Source of the DNA: an uncultured Planctomycetia bacterium
GTDB lineage: Bacteria > Omnitrophota > Gorgyraeia > Gorgyraeales > Gorgyraeaceae
Assembly (NCBI GenBank): GCA_964415355.1
Contig: CAYPYS010000004.1
Coordinates: 27,220-91,219, forward strand
Reading direction: 5' to 3'
Length of the DNA: 64,000 nt
Of this stretch, positions 58,511-64,000 are shown piece after piece. Under the pieces are notes generated by a model. That model was given only the letters and a program-made list of their open reading frames with translations. It had not been told where the DNA came from and did not search any database. Positions within the stretch are counted from its first letter, which is position 1. Each line of letters opens with the position of its first letter. Position numbers and translations under genes: made by a program.

Positions 58511-59452
58511 ATGGACAAAAAGCCGACTAGAGATGGATTTGGCGAGGGCATTGTAGAGTTGGGGGAGAAGAGAAAAGACGTGGTTGTGCTTTCAGCTGAC
58601 CTCACTGAATCTACGCGAGCAGCGTGGTTCAAGGAAAAGTTTCCTGAGAGATTTTTCGCAATGGGCGTGAGCGAACAGGATATGATCTGCACGGCTGCCG
58701 GTCTCGCGCTGTCAGGCAAGATTCCTTACGCATGTACCTTCGGCGTATTTGCTGCTGGCAGGGCATGGGACCAGATCAGGGTGTCGGTCGCCTATATGGA
58801 TTTGAATGTGCGAATAGTCGGGACACATGGCGGTATTTCAGTGGGTCCGGACGGGCCAACGCACCAGGCGATAGAAGAGATAGCGCTGATGCGCGTCTTG
58901 CCTAACATGACTGTAGTTGTTCCTTGCGATGCAATAGAGGCGAAAAAGGCAACCATTGCCAGTGCTTCTTACAAAGGACCGGTTTATTTCAGGCTGGGCA
59001 GAAGCAAGGTCCCCGTGATCACTAGTGACAAAGATGTTTTTGAAATAGGCAAGGCCAAGGTATTGAGAGATGGCGGAGATGTTGCGATCATAGCATGTGG
59101 TTACGAGGTCTACGAGTCGCTCGTTGCTTGCGATATTTTGAAAAAAGAAGGCATAGAGGCCAGACTTATTAATCTGCATACTATAAAACCGATAGATAGC
59201 GATGTCATTAAAGCTGCTGCCAGGGACACAGGTGCGGTTGTCACGGCAGAGGAGCATACGATAATAGGTGGCCTGGGTAGCGCTTGTAGCGAGGTATTGG
59301 CGCAGGAATTTCCAGTGCCGATGGAATTTGTTGGCGTAAAGGATAGATTCGGCGAGTCAGGTTCTCCGGATAAGCTTTTCGAGATCTTTGGACTGACAGC
59401 GAAACACATTGCTGCGGCAGCAAAGAGGGCAATCGCCCGCAAGAAAAACTAA
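58511..59452 (+). CDS. Transketolase, C-terminal subunit
   Basis: ADLTEST, GVSEQ, RAWDQIR, DGPTHQ, TIKPID, EEH. ATG at 58511 after AGGGAG. Confidence 0.95.
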   Translation: MDKKPTRDGFGEGIVELGEKRKDVVVLSADLTESTRAAWFKEKFPERFFAMGVSEQDMICTAAGLALSGKIPYACTFGVFAAGRAWDQIRVSVAYMDLNVRIVGTHGGISVGPDGPTHQAIEEIALMRVLPNMTVVVPCDAIEAKKATIASASYKGPVYFRLGRSKVPVITSDKDVFEIGKAKVLRDGGDVAIIACGYEVYESLVACDILKKEGIEARLINLHTIKPIDSDVIKAAARDTGAVVTAEEHTIIGGLGSACSEVLAQEFPVPMEFVGVKDRFGESGSPDKLFEIFGLTAKHIAAAAKRAIARKKN

Positions 59453-59486
59453 CTTTACATTTCAACAACGTTAAAGTGTAAACTTA
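59450..59486 (+). repeat. 37-bp element copy 9 (forward, ends AAACTTA), overlapping a stop codon
   Basis: Identical to copy 7. Confidence 0.95.
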
Positions 59487-59507
59487 GAGAATGCGGACGC
59501 TGAGATC

Positions 59508-60389
59508 ATGCGTGAATTCACAGTTATTGCGCCGGCAAAGTTGAATTTATATCTGGATGTTTTGGAAAAAAGGCCTGACGGCTATCATAATATAGAAACG
59601 CTCTTTGAAAAAATAGACCTGAAGGATGAGCTAATCATAAGAGAGGCGAAAAAAGGCGTTGATGTAAAAGTTGAGCCGCGTCTTTGTCCTGAAGGAAAAA
59701 ATAATATAGTCTATAAGGCAGTCCAGGCACTTTTTAAAGCTAGCAACGCGAGTTTTGGCCTGGACATTGTTATCAAAAAAGGAATTCCAGTGGCAGCTGG
59801 TTTAGGCGGCGGCTCTAGTGATGCAGCATCAGCACTGCGTTCGATAAATGATAAGTTCGAACTGGGCGTGTCGTCCGAAGAACTTTTTTCTATAGCGGAA
59901 GACATAGGAAAAGATGTCCCATTTTTTATGTCGGATGAACCTTTTGCAATAGCTAAGGGTGCGGGCGAACTTCTAGAACCGATAAAGACCGAATGTGCTC
60001 TTTCGCATATTGTAATAAAGCCAGAGATATCAGTTTCAACTGCTGAGATGTATAAGAGGCTCGATGAATCTAGCGGCGCCAGGAAAAATAATCTAGGGAA
60101 ATTGGTTTCAGCGCTTAAAGCGGGAGACGTAGCTTCCTTAGAAGCATGTTGTTATAACGCATTTGAAAAAGTTTTAGGCAATTACAGCTCGCATATAAAT
60201 GAGGCAAAGTCTTTATTATCAAGAGTGACCAAGCGAGTGTGTTTTTTGTCTGGGAGCGGCCCATCGGTCTTCTGCACAGCGAAAAACAGAGAGGAGGCGG
60301 TCAAGATCAGGCAGGATTTAACTGCAGCAGGCGCTGTGGATGTTTTTTTAGCTGCAACTTACAAAGGAGGCATCTATGGAGATAACTGA
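59508..60389 (+). CDS. ispE: 4-diphosphocytidyl-2-C-methyl-D-erythritol kinase
   Basis: APAKLNLYL, DGYH, IPVAAGLGGGSSDAA, DVPFF, SGSGPS. Confidence 0.96.
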   Translation: MREFTVIAPAKLNLYLDVLEKRPDGYHNIETLFEKIDLKDELIIREAKKGVDVKVEPRLCPEGKNNIVYKAVQALFKASNASFGLDIVIKKGIPVAAGLGGGSSDAASALRSINDKFELGVSSEELFSIAEDIGKDVPFFMSDEPFAIAKGAGELLEPIKTECALSHIVIKPEISVSTAEMYKRLDESSGARKNNLGKLVSALKAGDVASLEACCYNAFEKVLGNYSSHINEAKSLLSRVTKRVCFLSGSGPSVFCTAKNREEAVKIRQDLTAAGAVDVFLAATYKGGIYGDN

Positions 60390-60768
60390 AGTCAGGATTT
60401 TTCCAAAAGAAGGGCTTAACAATAAACTAAAGGCCTATGCCACCATAACTATCGAGAATGCATTTGTCGTGAGGAATATAAAGGTCATAGAGGGCAAAAA
60501 CGGTCTTTTCGTTGCGATGCCGTCGCGCAAGATGAAAGACTCTTGTCCAAAATGTCACCATAAAAACGAAGTGAGAAGCAAGTTTTGCAATGAATGCGGC
60601 ACAGGCCTGCCTCCTAAAAAAGAAGAACCTGTGACGCCTGAGGCGCAGCACGACGCTCGTCAATCAGAGCACAAAGACATTGCCCATCCTATAAGCGCTG
60701 AGTGTCGTGAATATATACAGACAAAGGTCTTGCAGGCGTATGAGTCAGAAAAAGGAAAACCCGCTTAA
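60376..60768 (+). CDS. spoVG: SpoVG-family nucleic-acid-binding protein with a Zn-ribbon insert
   Basis: MEITEVRI, IKVIEG..GLFVAMPSRK, DIAHPI; insert CPKC...FCNEC. Confidence 0.92.
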   Translation: MEITEVRIFPKEGLNNKLKAYATITIENAFVVRNIKVIEGKNGLFVAMPSRKMKDSCPKCHHKNEVRSKFCNECGTGLPPKKEEPVTPEAQHDARQSEHKDIAHPISAECREYIQTKVLQAYESEKGKPA

Positions 60769-60841
60769 GTTTACATTTTAACGTTGTTAAAGTGTAAACT
60801 TAGCTAACTTTACATTTCAACAACGTTAAAATGTAAAGTTA
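60766..60841. repeat. 37-bp element copies 10 (60766-60802, reverse variant, overlapping the spoVG stop) and 11 (60805-60841, forward variant)
   Basis: TAAGTTTACATTTTAACGTTGTTAAAGTGTAAACTTA-GC-TAACTTTACATTTCAACAACGTTAAAATGTAAAGTTA. Confidence 0.93.
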
Positions 60842-60849
60842 GGATACAT

Positions 60850-60923
60850 TGGGACGTCGTCCAATGGTAGGACGCAAGATTTTGGATCTTGTTATTGTGG
60901 TTCGAATCCACACGTCCCAGCCA
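60850..60923 (+). tRNA. tRNA-Gln(TTG)
   Basis: Acceptor TGGGACG/CGTCCCA plus GCCA; anticodon arm CAAGA-TTTTGGA-TCTTG; GGTTCGAATCC. Confidence 0.95.
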
Positions 60924-60945
60924 ACATATGAAAACGGAGTTTAGT

Positions 60946-62208
60946 ATGGATAATATAATATGTGTGGTTCTTGCTGCTGGCGAAGGAACGAGGATGAAGT
61001 CAACTCTTCCAAAGGTGCTTCATCCTATCTGCGGCAGGCCAATGATCGAGTATCTGATCGAAAGCATAAATTCCATTGGTGTTAGAAAAATAATAGTTGT
61101 CGTGGGGCACAAAGCAGATCTGGTCAAAAAGAATTTGCAAGGCGTGAAATTCGTAACACAGGACAAACTGCTCGGGACCGGAGACGCTGTATCCAGGACA
61201 AAGAAGTTAATCTTGAAAGATACCAAAATCGACGCTGTTATGGTCCTCTACGGAGACGTGCCTCTTTTGAGCAGAACTACGCTAAAAAAGATCTTAGACA
61301 GGCATTTTGCAACTCGAGCCGGATGCACGCTTTTGACATCACATTTGAAGAATCCTACTGGCTATGGCCGGATTTTACGCGGCTCAAACAACAAGATCGT
61401 TAAAGTTATCGAGGAGCTCGAGGCGAGCATATATGAAAAGGTGATAGAGGAGATCAATGTCGGAGTTTATTGTTTTAGCAAAACCGCACTTTTTGATTCC
61501 CTCGGGAAGATAAAGACCGCCAATAGAAAAAATGAGAAATACCTTACAGATGCGATAGAGATTTTGGCAAAGTCGAACATCGCTATAGATTCGGTTTCTA
61601 CGGATGATCCTGAGGAATTTCTCGGGGTGAATACGCGCAATGATCTAATGCGCGCGGGCAAGGTTTTAAATAAAAGGATCATATCGAGGCTTATAGACAA
61701 AGGCGTGACCGTAATCGACCCTGATAACACCTATATTGAAGAAGGTGTCCAGATCAAAAAAGACACAATAATATATCCCTATACTTTTATAGAAAAGGGT
61801 GTTAGAATAGGTCCCGGATGTAGCATTGGCCCGCTTGCGAGGCTCAGGTCTGGCACTGTATTGGCAGACGAAGCTAGTATAGGTAATTTTGTCGAAATAG
61901 TGCGCTCCAGCATAGGTAGCCGTACCAAAATAAGACATAAATGCTATATAGGCGATACTGTGATTGGCAAAGATGTCAATGTCGGCGCTGGCACCATCAT
62001 CGCCAATTATGACGGGAAGCGCAAACATAAGACTGTCATAGAAGACTCTTGTTTTATCGGAACCGGCACGATTTTGATAGCGCCTGTAAAAATAGGCAAG
62101 GGCGCTACGACCGGTGCCGGCAGTGTTATTACCAAGAACAAAAATGTCCCTGCAGGAAAGACCGTAGTGGGCGTGCCTGCTAGGATACTCAGGAAGAAAC
62201 AGAGATAA
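60946..62208 (+). CDS. glmU: Bifunctional GlcNAc-1-P uridyltransferase / GlcN-1-P acetyltransferase
   Basis: LAAGEGTRMKS, PKVLH, YGDVP, GYGRI, hexapeptide repeats, NYDG. ATG at 60946 after GGAG. Confidence 0.95.
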   Translation: MDNIICVVLAAGEGTRMKSTLPKVLHPICGRPMIEYLIESINSIGVRKIIVVVGHKADLVKKNLQGVKFVTQDKLLGTGDAVSRTKKLILKDTKIDAVMVLYGDVPLLSRTTLKKILDRHFATRAGCTLLTSHLKNPTGYGRILRGSNNKIVKVIEELEASIYEKVIEEINVGVYCFSKTALFDSLGKIKTANRKNEKYLTDAIEILAKSNIAIDSVSTDDPEEFLGVNTRNDLMRAGKVLNKRIISRLIDKGVTVIDPDNTYIEEGVQIKKDTIIYPYTFIEKGVRIGPGCSIGPLARLRSGTVLADEASIGNFVEIVRSSIGSRTKIRHKCYIGDTVIGKDVNVGAGTIIANYDGKRKHKTVIEDSCFIGTGTILIAPVKIGKGATTGAGSVITKNKNVPAGKTVVGVPARILRKKQR

Positions 62209-62242
62209 CTTTACACTTTAACGTTGTTGAAATGTAAAGTTA
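62206..62242 (-). repeat. 37-bp element copy 12 (reverse), overlapping the glmU stop
   Basis: Identical to copy 3. Confidence 0.95.
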
Positions 62243-62268
62243 GAGCCATTATAACAAGGAGCGTATAT

Positions 62269-63207
62269 ATGAATAAGACTGCTGCTATTTTTACTGGTAA
62301 TTCCAATCCGGTGCTGACTAAAGAAATAGCCAGATGCTTGAAGATGCCTATGGGCAAGGCTTCGGTTGGGGCCTTCAGCGAGGGAGAGATAAAGGTAAAG
62401 ATAGAAGAGAATACCAGGGGCAAAGATGTCTTTGTGGTGCAGTCTACATGTCCGCCTCCAAATAGGAATCTGATGGAACTTTTGATCTTGATTGACGCGC
62501 TCAAGAGGGCATCTGCGAAGAGGATTACAGCGGTGCTGCCTTATTTTGGATATGCAAGGCAGGATCGCAAGGACCAGCCTCGCGTCCCGATCACTGCAAA
62601 ACTCGTGGCAAATCTATTGACGACTGCAGGTGCGGACAGGGTGCTGACAATAGACCTGCACGCAGGTCAGATCCAGGGATTTTTTGACATACCTTTGGAT
62701 CATTTATTTGCGATTAACGTTTTTGTAGATTATTTCAAAGAGCTCAAAGTGAAAAACATAGTGCTGGTTTCTCCTGATGTAGGAGGCATAAAGACGGCGA
62801 GGGCCTACGCAAAGAGGTTTAAAGCACCCCTGGCTATAGTTGATAAACGCAGGGTTTCGACGGATGACATAGAGGTGATGAATATATTGGGAGAGGTTAA
62901 AGGTAAAAACGTTGTAATAGTAGATGATCTCGTGGCAACTGCAGGATCTCTGGTGGAAGCTGCAAGCGCATTGAAAAAGGCCGGGGCTAAAGATATATAC
63001 GCGACTGTGACGCACGCCGTGCTTTCAGGTCCTGCAATAAAACGCATTGAAAATTCTCCTATAAAGAAGTTATTCGTGACAAACACTATTCCCGTAGAAG
63101 ACGGGAAGAAGCATAAAAAGATAAAGGTGCTTTCTATAGCACCTCTTTTGGCTGATGCAATAAAAAGGATCCACAACGAAGAGTCAGTAAGTTGTTTATT
63201 TGACTAA
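62269..63207 (+). CDS. prs: Ribose-phosphate pyrophosphokinase
   Basis: PYFGYARQDRK, DLHAGQIQGFF, SPDVGG, IVDDLVATAGS. ATG at 62269 after AAGGAG. Confidence 0.97.
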   Translation: MNKTAAIFTGNSNPVLTKEIARCLKMPMGKASVGAFSEGEIKVKIEENTRGKDVFVVQSTCPPPNRNLMELLILIDALKRASAKRITAVLPYFGYARQDRKDQPRVPITAKLVANLLTTAGADRVLTIDLHAGQIQGFFDIPLDHLFAINVFVDYFKELKVKNIVLVSPDVGGIKTARAYAKRFKAPLAIVDKRRVSTDDIEVMNILGEVKGKNVVIVDDLVATAGSLVEAASALKKAGAKDIYATVTHAVLSGPAIKRIENSPIKKLFVTNTIPVEDGKKHKKIKVLSIAPLLADAIKRIHNEESVSCLFD

Positions 63208-63218
63208 CTGCAAAGCCT

Positions 63219-63255
63219 TAACTTTACACTTTAACGTTGTTGAAATGTAAAGTTA
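63219..63255 (-). repeat. 37-bp element copy 13 (reverse)
   Basis: Identical to copy 3. A possible further copy begins TAACT at 63996, at the window edge. Confidence 0.95.
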
Positions 63256-63277
63256 AGTTTAGGGGGAGTGAGAGGCA

Positions 63278-63991
63278 ATGGATTTCGTAGATCTTAATGT
63301 TAGTTTGAGAGAAGGAACAGGAAAAGAGTCCAACAAAAAGCTTAGAATCGCTGGTCTTGTCCCGGGGGTTGTTTACAAAAAAGGCGAACCCACCGCAAGC
63401 CTGAATGTGGATAGAAAGAATTTTTCAAAGGCTATTCACACTGAGGCAGGAGAGAACGTCATTATAAAACTCCATATGGACGGGGCAAAGAAGAGGAAAG
63501 AGCGTACGGTTATAATAAAAGAGATACAGAAAGATCCGGTGAAGGATCACTTTTTACATGTTGATTTTCAGGAGATCTCTTTAACCGAAACTCTTAAGGT
63601 AAAGGTGCCGATAGAAGGAAAAGGCGAAGCCATTGGCGTGAAACAGGATGGCGGCGTATTGCAACATGTGATGTGGGAGACAGAAATAGAATGTCTTCCG
63701 ACCGATATTCCTGAGAAGATAGAGGTGGATGTCGCAAATCTTAAAATCGGAGATTCGTTGCACGCGAAGGATCTGACGCCGCCTGCTGGCGTAAATATAT
63801 TGGCTGATCCTGAGGCAGTAGTGTTTAGCGTAGAACATCCTAAGACAGTCGAAGAAGCAGTTGCGGCGCCTGCAGAAGGAGAAATGACAGAGCCGGAAGT
63901 TATAAAGGAAAAGAAGGAAAAGGAAGAGGAAGCGCCGGCTGAAGAGCCTGAGAAAAAACCCGCTCCCGAGAAGAAAGAAGAAGGAAAATAA
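63278..63991 (+). CDS. rplY: 50S ribosomal protein L25/Ctc
   Basis: R..GK...LR..G.VPGVVY, IQKDPV...HVDF, GVKQDGG, acidic tail; follows prs. Confidence 0.95.
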   Translation: MDFVDLNVSLREGTGKESNKKLRIAGLVPGVVYKKGEPTASLNVDRKNFSKAIHTEAGENVIIKLHMDGAKKRKERTVIIKEIQKDPVKDHFLHVDFQEISLTETLKVKVPIEGKGEAIGVKQDGGVLQHVMWETEIECLPTDIPEKIEVDVANLKIGDSLHAKDLTPPAGVNILADPEAVVFSVEHPKTVEEAVAAPAEGEMTEPEVIKEKKEKEEEAPAEEPEKKPAPEKKEEGK

Positions 63992-64000
63992 ATCTTAACT

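Noticed and set aside
60889-60945. N-terminal extension of glmU from the ORF track (similarly at 40409, 20911, 27451, 54979, 58481)
   Set aside because: These overlap a tRNA, leader, promoter or upstream gene, or lack an RBS; downstream ATGs fit family starts better.
52586-62268. ORFs starting MLKCKV (52586-52798, 55825-56022, 58189-58458, 59241-59468 on minus; 5' extension of prs at 62224)
   Set aside because: They all begin at the TTG inside the palindrome and run antisense to real genes or extend them artificially.

Overview
Bacterial chromosomal window spanning the replication origin. The lineage is probably Candidatus Omnitrophota or another PVC group; this is inferred from gene style (Zn-ribbon SpoVG, a giant signal-peptide gene), not proven. 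(1) 1-30.4 kb: an AT-rich accessory cluster with 4 B12-binding radical SAM enzymes, 3 U32-family proteins, 2 AsnB-like amidotransferases, a sugar amidotransferase fragment, 1 GT2, 5 GT-C-like membrane glycosyltransferases, 5 paralogous CruF/DUF422-like membrane proteins, 3 paralogous exported beta-rich proteins and an SGNH-TPR protein. (2) 30.5-40 kb: dnaA-oriC-dnaN-DUF721-gyrB-gyrA (LAGLIDADG intein right after the catalytic Tyr) and tRNA-Glu. (3) 39.9-52.8 kb: a 2.4-kb integrase-less islet bounded by a 58-bp tRNA-Glu duplication, followed by a 3410-aa multi-enzyme giant gene. The islet gene and the giant gene share a promoter, a terminator-like 5' leader and a signal-peptide architecture. 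(4) 52.8-64 kb: housekeeping genes phoU-like, Na/Pi symporter, hisG, a bS22-like small protein, a TPR lipoprotein, split transketolase, ispE, spoVG, tRNA-Gln, glmU, prs and rplY. A 37-bp TA-bounded palindrome occurs 13 times from 33.5 kb onward, 8 times supplying the stop codon of the upstream ORF, and is absent from the first 33 kb. All calls come from reading motifs by eye; no database searches were run.
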